A stretch of 64,000 nt of DNA from Vicugna vicugna (taxonomy: Eukaryota): the NCBI GenBank assembly GCA_013265495.1, contig MU058824.1, forward strand, positions 1,453,111-1,517,110. The letters run 5' to 3'. The notes below the pieces were generated by a model that ran no database searches, was not told the DNA's origin, and worked only from the letters and a program-made list of their open reading frames with translations. Each line of letters starts with the position of its first letter. Position 1 is the stretch's first letter. A program made the position numbers and the translations under genes. Of the stretch, positions 31,201 to 44,415 are shown piece by piece.

Positions 31201-33372
31201 AAGTGGAAAGATGGAAGGCTCAACATTGTTAAGATATCCATTTTCTGCAGTCTGATCTATAGATTCAATGTAGTCCCAATTAAAATACCAGCTAGCTCTG
31301 TTTTGTAGAGATCTAGAGAATGATTCTGAAATGTATAATAAGAAGCAAAAAACCATAATAGGCAAAAGAATTATGAAAAAGAGAATCACACTACCTAGTT
31401 TCAAGACTTCCTGTAAAACTACAGTATGGCATTCGGGAAGGACAGACACATAGGTCAATGGAACAGAATAGAGAGGCCAAAAATAGACCCACACAAGAAT
31501 AGTCAACTTTTTTTTTCTTACAAAGGCACGAAAGCAATTCAACAAAGAAAGGATAGTCTTTTCAACAAATAGTGCTGGAACAATTGAATATGCAGAAAAA
31601 TGAACCTCCGCATATATATCACAGCGAATACAAAGATTAATTCAAAATGGATTACAGACTGAAATAAAAAATGAAAAACTGTAAAACTTCTAGGGGAAAA
31701 TCTGTGTGACTTCAGATTTGGCAAGGAAGTTTAAGATACAGTACCAAAAGCATGATCCATGAAAAGAAAAAAAAAGTTAAATTGGGTTTTATCAAAATTC
31801 AGATCTTTTGCCCTGCAAGAGATAGCATTAAGAGAATAAAAAGGCAAATCACAGACCAGACAAAATACTTGCAAATCATGTATCTTACAGAAGCCTTGTA
31901 TCCAGTAAAAAGAACTCTCAAAACTCAGTAATAAGAAAACAACCAGCAAATTTAAAATTGGGCAAAATATCTGTATAGATGCTTCATCAAAGAAGATATA
32001 CAGATGGCAAATAAACATATTAAAACATGTTCAACATCATTAATTATTAGGGACATGCTACTTAAAACCACAATGAGACAGCACTAATACACCTATTATT
32101 AGACTGCCTGAAATTAAAAAAAAGTTACAAGTGCTATGAGAACGTGGAGCTACTGGAATTTTCATTCCTTGCTGGTGGGAATGTGAAAATGATGCAGCCA
32201 CCTTGAAAAAGTTTGGCAGTTTCTTACAAAACTACATATACACTTAGCATATGACCTGGCTATCTCCCTCCTAGGTATTTACCCAAATGAATTTTTAAAA
32301 ACTTCGGTTTATGCAAAAATCAGTTTGTGAATGTCTATAGCAGTTTTTCCTTAATACCCCAAACTGGAAACAGCTCATAACAGGTAAATTTGTAAACTAA
32401 CTGTGGTAACATCCATGCAATGAAATACTACTCAGCAGGCTGGAAAAGGACACACTATTGATACATGCAATAACTTAAATGGATCTTAGAGGCATTATGC
32501 TGAGCCAGGCCAAAAAAAAAAATGTGTACATATTTGATTTCATTTAGATGGCCTTCTGCAAAAGGCAGAACTGTAGGAATGAAAAGCAGATCTGTTATTT
32601 CCATGGGTTGGGATCGGGGGAGGGATTGATGAGAAGGAACAGCACTAGGAATTGGGGGGATGATGAAGATTTTCTGTGTGGTATTCTGTTGGTTGATACA
32701 CAACTCTGCTTATTTATCAAAACCTGTAGAACTGTACACAACAGTTATTTTTACTGTATGCAAACTTAAAAAATCAACTAGGAACTAAGGATGGTATGCA
32801 GACTCTGACAACAGATCTAGCTATATTACAAGTGAATGACATGACCACACTGTAGGAGGTGGGGGAAAATGTGTATCAAGTAGATACTATAAGGCTAAAG
32901 CAAAGACAAAAAGAACGGTACACAAGCACTGCACTCTAGTTGATAATTTTTTTTCTTGCAGGGGTATAGGCTAGCAGATCTGAAGCCTCTTTACATATAT
33001 ATACTTTTTGCACGCATATATACTAGGGTTGAACAAATAAGTAAATATTTTATAAATAATGAGCCCAGGTTTTAAATGGCAAAGTCATGAAAGATAAGGC
33101 AAGACCGAGGGATTGTCGCAGACTAAAGAAGACTGAGGAGACATGAAAAGTCAATGCAGCAAGGATCCTGGGCCAGAATAAGAACGTCAGTGGAACAACC
33201 AGTGATACTTGAGTACAGTCTGTAGTTTACTACTGGTGTTGTCCCCGTGTTAATTTCCTATCTTCAATGATTATACTAGAGTTTTATAAGATGTTGACAT
33301 TAGGGGAAACTCGCTGAGGGATACACGGGAACTCTGTTCTCTCTTTACAGCTCTTCTGTACATCTAGAAGTA
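28270..33372 (+). mobile_element. Old ~5-kb L1 (L1M/L1MC-MD-like) with an internal inverted segment at ~29156-30365
   Basis: Sense ORF1 remnant to ~29150, antisense ORF2 endonuclease-side segment, then sense RT through 3'UTR; heavily degenerate. Confidence 0.85.
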
Positions 33373-33620
33373 CTCACGGACATAGAAAACAAACTTATGG
33401 TTACCAAAGGGGAGCGGGAGGAGGGGAGGGATAAATTAGGAGTATGGGATTAACAGATCAAGCAATGAAGATTTACCATCTACCACAGGGGATTATATAC
33501 CCAACACCTTGTAGTAACCTGCAATGGAATATAATCTGGAAAAAAAAACAGTCACTGTGCTATACACCTAAAACTAACACAACATTGTAAATCAACTATA
33601 TTTCAATATAAATAAATAAA
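33373..33620 (+). mobile_element. Younger L1 3' tail nested in the end of the older L1
   Basis: ctcacggacatagaaaacaaacttatggttaccaaaggg is the same family as 6510-6820; short TSD aagta at 33368-33372 and 33620-33624. Confidence 0.75.
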
Positions 33621-34065
33621 AGTATTTCAAAATAAAAAGGCCTTTTTTGTGTGCAGCACACACATAAAAAGGAACACTAAGAGTTCTTTGGTGGAAGGTT
33701 GGAAGTGGCTGGTTTAGATGAAGGAACAGCAGAATGGGACTTTGTGTATGATGAGCCACGCTTCCATTTTAGAGCTGGTTAACTGAGAGGTAAGGGGACT
33801 TGGCCAAGGACACAATGCCAGCAGCTGTAGGGGCAGGACGAGGCCCTGGGTTTTTTGGCTCCTCGTGTGCCGCTTTCCCCATTCTATTCCCTGCCTCTCT
33901 GCTCCAGGGAAGGATTTTCCTGAAGCTCTTCTGATAATGCTGTTTCTGCTTTGCATGTTTTCTTAAGTAGATTTCATAGTCCTGGTTAGATATCTTGTTG
34001 AGTTAGATATCACCCTTGTTCCCTGTTGTGGGTGTCTGTTTGAATCATGTCTACCCTCCAGGTGA

Positions 34066-34338
<273 letters not shown>

Positions 34339-34584
34339 TAGGTGTCCTTAATTGCTATTGCCATCCTAGGTTGGGTGTTTTGTTTTTATTTGTTTTAATC
34401 AAACAAAAACACCTGTCCCTCCCCTCCCCGATTCTGCCGTGTATTTTTGCCTTTGTTGAGCTTACATATCTAAACAGTATATAATAGTTTTTTGACTGTA
34501 GGTGAGTTTTGATTACATATACAAATGTACATGTGTAGAAATGCTTCTCCAACATCAGTTTTGTACTTTTCCCTGAATCAGAAT

Positions 34585-35050
34585 TCTGTCAGTTGCAAGG
34601 AATGGAGTCTCCACTCAAACTGATTTAAGCAAAAACAACCAAAAAACTTTTAATTTGTTGGCTCATAAAGTGTAAGTGTCTAGGGTGTGCTTCAGGCATG
34701 TCTGGATCCAGGTCCTTTGGGAGTGTTACTCTCCATGTCTCAAAAGTGGTGGCAAGGATGCCCTCAGCAGCTTCAGGCTTACTTCTTCCTGCTGAATTCG
34801 CAACCCAGCAGAAAGAGTGCTGCTTTCTTAGTAGGTCCAGCAAAATCCCTGGGGTAAAGAAAGGTCATTGTCCTGCCTTGGCTATATTTATGACTACTTG
34901 GGTTTTTGCTCATCCTTGATGATTACTGTGTTCCCAAGGGTGCAGTGTGTTGCCTTTAGAGCCAGGGTCGGGGTCAGGTCTGTGTGGACTGAGAGCGGGA
35001 GAGAAGTAGCTCCTCAAAGGAAAATGGAAGTGCTGTTTCTGGAAGGAGGA
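34585..35050. mobile_element. Old MaLR (MLT1K-like) LTR fragment
   Basis: tcagttgcaagg...ccactcaaactgatttaagcaaaaa...ttcaggcatgtctggatccagg. Confidence 0.55.
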
Positions 35051-36400
35051 GACAAGGATGCTGGGCAAGCAAAAGCAAGAGGTATCCACTGCAACCAGGA
35101 GAACGTTGGAACCTGCATGAGTGGGGATGATGAGGAAAGGCAGATGGAGCTGACGGCAGGGCAGGAGTGGAGGTTGTGCAGTGAGGCCCCAGATAAAGAT
35201 GTGAAGACATAAAAGAAAGGAGAGAAGAGCGGAAGCTCACCCTTTAAAACTGCCCTCTGGTGGCTCCTGAGAGCGGGGGTTGGGGGAGGAGCAAGTGGAG
35301 CTTTGATGAGAGATGGGGCCCAGGCAGGAGCAAATCAAGGAGTATAAATCAGAGAGGGCAGGAAACTCTTTGTGTGTGTGGTCCTCATACAGCGCATTTG
35401 CAGGCATATCCCTGCAGCTGCCAGGAGGGAGGGCGGAGCAGGTTCTGCCCAGCAAGTTGAAATCAACTGCACAGGCTCTGGTCTGTACTGAGTTGATAAA
35501 CGCACACTGCCATCGGCATCCTCTTTATTTGGGGCTCCTTTTATTGTTTTGTGATATCTAGTGCAATCATTTATAAAAGCTTCAGAGATTCACTAGCAAC
35601 CCCATTCCTCCCTAATCGTGTTTTCTCTGTGGAATCTTAAGTTTTCTACCTGTGAACTCTCCCACCTCGGAGTCTTTCAGGAATCGAAGCTCTTAGAGGT
35701 TCAGTTTAGGATTTGTACCCCACCTTTTTCCAAAACAGAGTTGAGACAGTGGATATTTGAATGCACTGTCCATGCCCACTCTTTTTGTCTCATTCTTTAT
35801 TAAAATAAGGTTTACAAAGCCTAGTTGGGATAAAAACAGAGGAGGACCTGAAGCAAGTTCTTTTTAGGTTAATTTCTTGGACTTAGAAAGCCTCATTTTC
35901 CCTCCTGAGGTTCCTGGGACCTGGGACAGCAAGACCGTTGTCCTGAAGGCATTAGATTATCACAGACCGGAGCCTGCAGTTCATCCCCAAACAGCCATCC
36001 TTTATGAAATTTTTATGGGAAATCTATAGCTCCAGTCAAGGACCGCATGCAAGCCTTTGCCCTGCTCACCTTTCTACCCATGTCCCTCTCTCTACGCTCT
36101 GCGCATCGGAAGTGGTGAGGCCATGACAATGTCACCTTCTCTGCCTCACATTTGTTCCATGAAGGCTTCCGGGACAGGCACTGGGTACTATAACCAGTGC
36201 TGAGTGTTAGGATAACTCACAGTTAGGCTGGGGTTCAGATACTTTTCACATAATAACATTAAATGATTGTAACACAAAGTGGGATCAAACCTGTGTTATC
36301 AGCAAGGCGTGGAGCATCATGGAGCACCATGGAGCACCATGGCAGGCTTCACTGAAGAGGAGGCACTTGTGCTGGGCCACAAGGGCTGAGAAGAGAGAGG

Positions 36401-37321
36401 GCAGTGGTGGGCCAGAGGGTTAAATTTATATGAAATGTACAATCTGGCAATTAAACATAGCTATTAAAAGTCAGATTATAACAACAACAAAAATATATGT
36501 TAAAATAGAAAAAAAGTCAAATTACATGAATTAAGTCGATTATGTTACATACACAGGTATATGGTATTTAAAACAAAATGTATTATTTACTGATTTTTTA
36601 GTGAATTTCCTAATATCTGTGCTCTTGGGGTTTTTTACATCTCTTATCTATACGGTGGAAAGGCTGTGTGATGATGTGTTACTCCTGTGCATCTTTCTCA
36701 ATTCTGCTTTCAGGAACGTGACATTAGTAGGTTGAAATAGGCCATGGTGGGGTATTTACACCATGGAAATTAGCAAACATCATCCATCAGGATTTGATTT
36801 ATTGTTTTATAGCTCATATATAAATGTCATCTAGATAGTGATGGAGACAGTGTGAATTATGCAGGTTAACCTTTAAAGTTTCATGTCTGTAGCTGTTATA
36901 CTGAGAGCAGCACCCAAAACTGAGAAAGTATTCTTCTAGGATTCGAAAACCATTATCTGATTCAGCAAAGTTGCTCGCATGAAGTTCCAGCATTCGTCTT
37001 TGTTGTTTCATTTCATCTCGCATGCTCATGTAAACGGAAGCATGAACCAACCTTCATGTTGGAAGTATATTCATTGGCCATATCTGCAAGAGTAAGGCAA
37101 AAATCAATGAAAGCATTCAGTGAGATGCCCGAAATGCAATGAAGGCATTGGCTATAGGGAATTTATAATACAGAGTATTATGTAATTTATTATTATACGT
37201 AAATTATGTGCACACATTCTTAAATCAGTAAAATCTGCAATAAAATTATGGACCTATATACATGCATATATTCCCCTCACCCATAAAGCCAGTTGTTAAA
37301 CATTTACCAGCACACAAATGT
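36401..37321. mobile_element. MER63-like hAT-Blackjack DNA transposon
   Basis: cagtggtgggcc start; gccagttgttaaacatttaccagcacac end matches the MER63 terminus. Confidence 0.65.
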
Positions 37322-38799
37322 GTAGAGACTTTTGGGGAACAGCAGGACCAAAGCATTATATGCATCATGAACCTATAATGGATTATGTGTGGATTGGGAC
37401 TCATTTCCTCTCATACATTCTGGCTCAATAGCAGCTCTTTTGTGAAGCCTCTCCAGTCCTTTGGGTTGGTCAGCTGTTCTCTCTGTCCCCAGAGCCCCTT
37501 GTTCATGCCCTTCACCATATACTCCTCACTAATGGGAGAAGTGGCAGAGCGGGGTGTGTAGCAGAGACCTGGTAGCTAAACCACTGGGCTTGAATCCCTG
37601 CTCTTCCGTGGACTAGTGGAGTGACCTCACTTGAGATATGGTATCCAGCTTTCTGTGCCTTCCTTATCTGTAAATGGGGACAGTAATAGGGTCTACCTCA
37701 TGGGGTTATCCATTACAGGGTGCCTGATGGTGAGCACGGCATCAGCTGTCACCCTCATCATTATGTCTTCCCAGCCACACTGAGCTCCCTCATAGCAGGG
37801 ACCTTTCCATCCTTGCATTCCCAGCATGTAGTGGGCACATTAGTTGTTACTGTTGAATGATGAATGAGTGAGTAGAAGAAGGAACTTAGTCCTCCTAACC
37901 TCAAGCCCACTTTTCTGTGAGCTATACCCACTGCCCTAGGACCTTTGCACTTGCCACTCTCTCTACCTGGATGCTGCCTGGTGCTCTTTGCTTTGGTATC
38001 TGCACAGCATACTCCTTCATTTACTGCTTAAATGTTACCAAGAGGCCTTCCCTGACCACCTTGTATGAAACAACATTCTCATCCCCTGTCAACCTACCCG
38101 ACCCTGATCTGTTTTTCTTCACTGCCTTGGGCCTGTCAGCCTGTTTATGGTCATTGTTGGTCCAGTGCCTAGTCTGGTAAATCCCTATTGACTGCGCAAA
38201 TGAATGTTTCTTCAAGCCACCCAGATGCTGGTATTGTCTCCTTTCTTTACCCTCCCTGCTCTGATATCTTGATACCCCAGATCTTCTATTTTCCCCTGGT
38301 CCGTGCCCATCTGGCTTTGTGGTTCCATTTAGACATATCCTTCCTTGAGGAAGCCTACAACCTCCAAATGCTTGAGCCAAACCTTGACTCTGGTCTGAAG
38401 CCCACCTGCCTGTTCTGTCCAGGTCTTTCTCTGGCTAGCTGAGAGCTGCTGGCATTAGTGTTTGCTGCAAGTGCAGCTACCAGCAGTCAAGAAAACATAG
38501 TTAAAAATTGTTCTTGGACAGAAGGTGGAGTTGTAGTCCCAGCAGCTAGAACTCCAAGAACTTGGTGGTTGCAGCCATTGGAGAGTCAGCCTGGCCGTGA
38601 ACCTTCCCATCATCTGTCTTCACAGCCCAATCTGGGCTTTTGGGAAATGCTGAGAGCCTGCCCCAAGGGAAGAGTGTGGCCAACAGGTAGCTCGGGATAC
38701 ACCTCCGGCTTCATCCCCAGGAACACAGCTTAGATCTGCTTTCTCGGTGGGAGATTCTTGTCGAACTTCATTTGAGATAAGATTACCACTACTTTATGA

Positions 38800-39030
<231 letters not shown>

Positions 39031-39076
39031 TGATCTTTTTCACTGAGGCAGCTAAGGAAATAGAATTCAAGTTCAG

Positions 39077-39211
39077 GTAGGGAGGGTATAGCTCAGTGGT
39101 AGAGTATATGCCTAGCATGCACAAGGTCCTGGGTTCGATCCCTAATACCTCCACTAAAAAAATAAATAAGCCTAATTACCTCCCCCTCAAAAAAGAAACC
39201 TAAAAAAAAAA
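39077..39211 (+). mobile_element. tRNA-derived SINE (camelid vic-1-like)
   Basis: A box tagctcagtgg, B box ggttcgatcc, A-rich tail; 15-bp TSD agaattca(a/t)gttcag at 39062-39076 and 39212-39226. Confidence 0.88.
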
Positions 39212-39489
39212 AGAATTCATGTTCAGCATATTTGGTTCACTTCCTAACAATGAAATCCTGGGGACATCATGGCTTGTTTTGTTGTAATAGGATTTTGTAA
39301 TTTTGAGCACTGTTCTCTCTAGTAAAGTTTGTGTCTGTCCTATTCCCCTTTGAAGGGGATTGACTAGCAGGCTTTTAGGTTTAAAGCAGGTCAAAAGCAA
39401 ATCCTAATGAATCTATTTGTTAAGTGTCTGAATGTAAAGAGTCTGTGTTAGTCTGAGAGAGTTTAAAAGCTTAAAAGCACTCACAATCA

Positions 39490-40120
39490 CATTTTTAAAA
39501 AACCCCAAAAAACTACTGTTCTGCAGTTTGGAAGTTTCTCAAAATGTTAAGCAGAGTTACCTCATGACCCAGCATTCCCACTCTTTGGTACATACCCAAG
39601 AAAGCTGAAAACATACTTTGGCATAAAAACTTGTGTATTCATAGCTGCACTATTCATCATAGTGGCCAAAAAGCGGAAACAACCCAAATGCCCATCAACT
39701 GATGAATGAATAAATAAAATGTGTTATCTCTATACCGTGGAATGTAGCTTGGCTGTAAAATTGGGGGAAATACTGATACACACTACAACATGGATGAGCC
39801 TTGGAAACACTGTGCTAAGTGAAGGAAGCTAGTCATAAAAGGCCGCATATGGTCTGATTCCATTTATATGCAATGTCCAGAACAGGCAAATCTGTAGAGA
39901 CAGAAAGTAGACTAGTGGTTGCCAGGGAATGTAGGGAGGAGAGAATGGGGAGTGATTGCTAACGGGTATGGGTTTTCTTTCTGGGGTGATGAGAATGTTC
40001 TAAAATTAAGTGTGGTGATGGTTACACAACTCTGTACGAAAAATCATTGAATTGTGTAGTTTCAATGGGTGAGTTGTATGGTAGGTGAATTATATCTCAA
40101 TAAGCCATTACTGTTTTTAT
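39490..40120 (+). mobile_element. L1MB/ME-type 3' end
   Basis: cagagttacctcatgacccagcattcccactc...ggaaacaacccaaatgcccatcaactgatgaatg...aattatatctcaataa. Confidence 0.8.
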
Positions 40121-41098
40121 TGTTGGCCAAATAAAACTCCTCTCTGAGCCCCACTAGCCACCACAGTGTAATCACGGGCTTAGAACATTCTGCTGCCCAG
40201 TTTACTACATGACAACTGTCATACTTATAGTAGTAATCGCAAGAATCACTCATTGTCCCCAACAAGCTTGAGATGAAATTGAGGAGTTTGTATTTTGATT
40301 CAAGAAACAGAGGTGCTGTGGCTTTCTTCCTCGGTTTGCTTTTCTGCCCTATCCACGCTGTCCTTCCTGCCTCCTTGGCATCTTAAACTTCAGTGGTGAT
40401 TTTTCTTGTTGTCAGAAAAATCTTTTCTGTTTGTTAATGGCTGCCTGCTTTTATTTTATATGTTCTATGCCTTCTGAGGAGCTAGCCATGGGGACCTACA
40501 TACAGGCTGGGTGTGGGGTCTCTGCTACAGGTCTGGGATGGTCCTGGGAAGAAGTGTCTGGCGGGGCCAGGAATTTCCGCCAGGGTCAGGGGGCAGCCAT
40601 GATTCTCCACAGCCCTTCTTTCCTTTATTGCTTCTGCTGGTTTATTTTCTCACTCTCTTTCCACAGTCTGCATCTCTCTTGTCCTTGGGGGGGAAACATG
40701 GTGAGTACTGCCATATACTCCTGTTTTCTGCACAGTATCCAATATTGTTAAGAGGGCGGCAATGTTGGAAGTAACTTTCTAATAGCAGGACTTGGATTTT
40801 TACCACTCAAGTCACCCAGATTAGTGTCTCGGAGACTTTCCTTACTTGTTTGGCTTGTAGGCATTTTCCAGAATGCACTCTTCTGAAAATCCCAGGGCTA
40901 GAGCTAAGGAGAGTTCATTTTTAATGATATTTTCAAATGAACTTTCAGCATAAAGCCAGGAATTGGAAGTAGTAAATCATAATTAATTTACTGCTAATCA
41001 GCACTAATAGCTCATAATCATGATATTTTTGTTGCGGTTGGGAAAAAAGAGGTGTGGCACCAAGCAGATGGTAGCAAATCCCCCTTCTCTCTTCCCAG

Positions 41099-41215
41099 GT
41101 GGACATGGAAGCATTCCTCACGCTCACTGACGGCGACTTGAAGGAGCTGGGTATTAAGACAGATGGATCCAGGCAGCAGATCTTGGCAGCGATTTCTGAA
41201 CTGAATGCAGGCAAG
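41099..41215 (+). CDS. ANKS6: ANKS6 exon 14 ([39 protein letters not shown]), SAM domain
   Basis: cttcccag|GTG...AAG|gtattg; classic SAM motif. Confidence 0.97.
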
Positions 41216-41222
41216 GTATTGT

Positions 41223-41253
41223 TCTCTCTCTCTCTCTCTTTTTTTTTTTTTTT
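41223..41253 (+). repeat. (CT)n plus poly(T) tract immediately after the exon 14 donor
   Basis: tctctctctctctctctttttttttttttt. Confidence 0.85.
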
Positions 41254-44050
41254 GTGCTGTTTCCTTTTTCAACCAAGAGTTTCATTAGGATCCTCAGCCC
41301 TGTGTGCGCAAGGATCTTCAAGGTCTGATTTCGTCCCCCATCCGCACTGACATCCCTGGCGGAGGCTGCCCCGCTCGCACAGTTCTCATGGCGGAAGGGT
41401 CACTGCCTTCCAGTGTGCCTGTTCCTTTTCCAGATCTCTCTTTCCACAAGGTTGTTTTTCCTTAGATTTAGCTCAAATATTCCCTCCAGTCATTTCAACC
41501 CACAGGGCTGGGTTTTGCCCTCCTTAGCACAATAGAAGTTGATTAAGACAGGGCCTGGAGTCAGGCTGACCTGGGTTCGAATCCCAGCTCCTCCACTTAC
41601 TCACCATGACCCCGGGCAAGTCACACCGCTCTCTGAGCCTGGCTTTCCTGTCTGTAGTTGAGGGTTGATGGGCTTGTTGCCAGGTCTGAGAGACTCAGCA
41701 GAATGCCTGGCATACAGTGATCCGTCAGTCACTGTTGTTATTGTTAGCATCGTGCATTTTTGTCTGATGTTCAATTTGTGTTTCACCAGCTTTAAAGCTA
41801 AAGATGGGCGATGTCCCCACCCACCCAAAGGGGCATATGCAAAAAACAAATAAGCAAACAAAACACACGAGAAGCAAGTCACCACTCACTTTGCAGGCCT
41901 TTGTACAATCACTCTCGGGCTGTTCACCCCCCTTTGCCTTCTGCCTTTCTCCCCAATGTGGGCTGGATCTTTTTGTCTCTCATTCTAGCAGCAACGTATA
42001 ATACTTGCTTACCTGTCACTTTGTCACACTTTGTCTAACAGCTCCCCATTTGTTGGATAGTAGTGCTATGTCTGGGATTTTGCCATTATAAATAGTGCTG
42101 TAATGGACGCCTCTGCCTTTTCTTCTTTCTTCTGTTGTTTCGGGCTCTGTTCCACAATATGAGGTTATGTCAGAGATCATGACCATCTTATGATTCTTTC
42201 TATTTATTTCTAGTAGACACAGAAATATTAAACAGACAGCAAATAAATATCCTGTAGCACTTTATCATTCACAAATCACTTTGCATACATTTCCTCATTT
42301 AATCTGGGAGGCCGGTATCCTCACCTTCACGGATCCAGCCAAGGAGCAGGGTCAACAGCCAGGCCCAGGTGGTGGTGGGCGGACGGCCGAGGCAGAGCCT
42401 GAGCTGGGTCTTCCTCATTTGTTCTGCAGCACCGTGCTGTGCTTGGGGCGGTGATTTTGTTGCCAGCGTTGTCATCATTAATACACCTGCCTATAGGCTG
42501 TGAGGTGGTCCTTCAGAGTGATGTAGTCAGCATTGCTTCAGGTGCCTGCAAAGCTGAGCATTTTCCTACAAGTCTTTGCTGTGTGTTCTGTCTCCTCTGT
42601 AAGTGGCCTGTTCCTAAACGCTGCTCACCTGTCCCAGAACCTGGGCTGCTTCACTTTACAGATAGGGAAGCAAAGCCTCCAGGAGGGGCGGTGAGCCCTG
42701 ACTCCCAGACCAGCACCATTTTTGCTCTGCCATAAGATGAGAGGGCTGGGAAATGGGCAGGTCTCTGCTGTTAGGAAGGGTTCACCCAGGGAACGGAAGC
42801 CCCAAGGTGGCTCGCTGCAACTGGGTCACCTGAAGTCAGCACTAAAGTCTTTGGAGTGTTGATTTATTCATGAAAATTTGCTCTTTGACTATCTGCCATG
42901 TATCAAGCATCGTGTGGGTGTTGAGCACTGAGAATCAGTCTGTGCCCGGCACTAATCTGACTGCCATGTCACATCTAGTCTTCATGTAACCTTCACAAAA
43001 GCCACTGAGGTCAGTTCCAGTTTACAGATGAGGGAACTAAGGCACACAGAGACCAGAGAAGACTTGCCTAAGATCACAGAGTCAGTAAGTGGCGGAACCA
43101 GGATTAGCACCCAGTTTGTGTCCTGACCACTGTGTTATCCTGCCTGGGTGTAACCCACCAGCACATGAAGGAGAGATGTATCTTGTTATGAGAGCTCCTA
43201 GCTTAGAGAGGTGTCTGGTAAGGCAAGGACCTTGAAGACATCCCTGAGGAAATGGTAGGAGGGCTGCGATCTGAAGAAGATAGTAACTGTATGGCAGAAG
43301 GTTAGAAGAGAATGCAGACCAGACAGAGGGAAACACATGTGCAAAGGCCCTGTGGTGAGAAGATGTATGGTACATTTAAAGAATGAAAGGACTGGCTGGA
43401 GCACAGAGAACAAGATGTGTGGTGTCTGGAAAGACCAGAGGGGACAGACTGAGGGTCCCAGGAAGGTCAAGGGTGACCCAGTCAAGTGGGCAAGGGCTTT
43501 GGGGAGAGGACTAGGTGAGTGATAATAGGGGACTATGGCTCAGGAGTTAGGGCCCTTCCTCCTCAAGACATCCAAGGGCCAGATGTGTGAGCCAAGGAGA
43601 GGATGGAGGTGAGGAAAGCCAAGCTTAGTCAGTTGAGGAAGAAGGACAGAAAAGGGTCTGGATACAGTAGGGTCAGTGAGGACTGTGGAGGGCCGGGGAA
43701 GACAGGTGCCTGGTACCATTAGAGCCTGGCCTCGGGCTTGGTAGACAGCAACCACTAATGCTTCCAGAACTTCCCCTCTGCCTTGGCCACCTTAGTCCAG
43801 AATCACAAAAAGAAGACAGATGGGTTCATTTAGAAATCTTAGGAACTTAACTGTCATCATCAGAGTGGATGATGTGACATCTCGAGCCCACTCAAAAGGA
43901 GGACATTTTTCTTAAAGTCTGTACAATCTAGAACTTTTTTCAGTTTTCTCTCAAATTCATAGGCCGTCTTCTCCCTGCTTGTGTAACAGTTTGCATCCCA
44001 TACTAAACAGGGCCCCATCAAGAGAAGCAGAAGAGACAGCTGTTGATGGT

Positions 44051-44415
44051 TGTCATAGTCAGTTTGGGCCACATAACAAAGTCCCTTAGACTGAGTGACT
44101 TATGAATAGAAACGTAATTCCCATAGTGTGGAGGCTGGAAGTCTGAGGTCAGGGTGCCAGCAAGTTTGAGTTCTGGGGAGTCCTCTGCCAAGTTGCACAC
44201 TGCCACCTTCTCATGTGTCCGGCCCAGGACAGAGAGAAGCAAAATCTCTTATCTCTTCCTACAGGGGCACTAATGCCATCATTGGAGCCACACCCTCATG
44301 ACCTCACCTAGTCCTAATCACCTTCCAGATGCCCCACCTCCTGACACCATCACATCAGGCGTAGGGTTTCAGCATAGGGATTTGGTGGGAGAACACAAAC
44401 ATTCAGTCCATAACA
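44051..44415. mobile_element. MLT1A-like MaLR solo LTR
   Basis: TG...CA termini (tgtcatagtc...cagtccataaca); near-TSD atggt / gtggt. Confidence 0.8.

Noticed and set aside
36308..36342. Short 10-bp tandem repeat (catggagcac)x3
   Set aside because: Ordinary micro-duplication with no spacers or functional context
39080..39152. tRNA-like sequence with A and B boxes
   Set aside because: A-rich tail, 15-bp TSD and diverged sister copies show it is a SINE, not a tRNA gene
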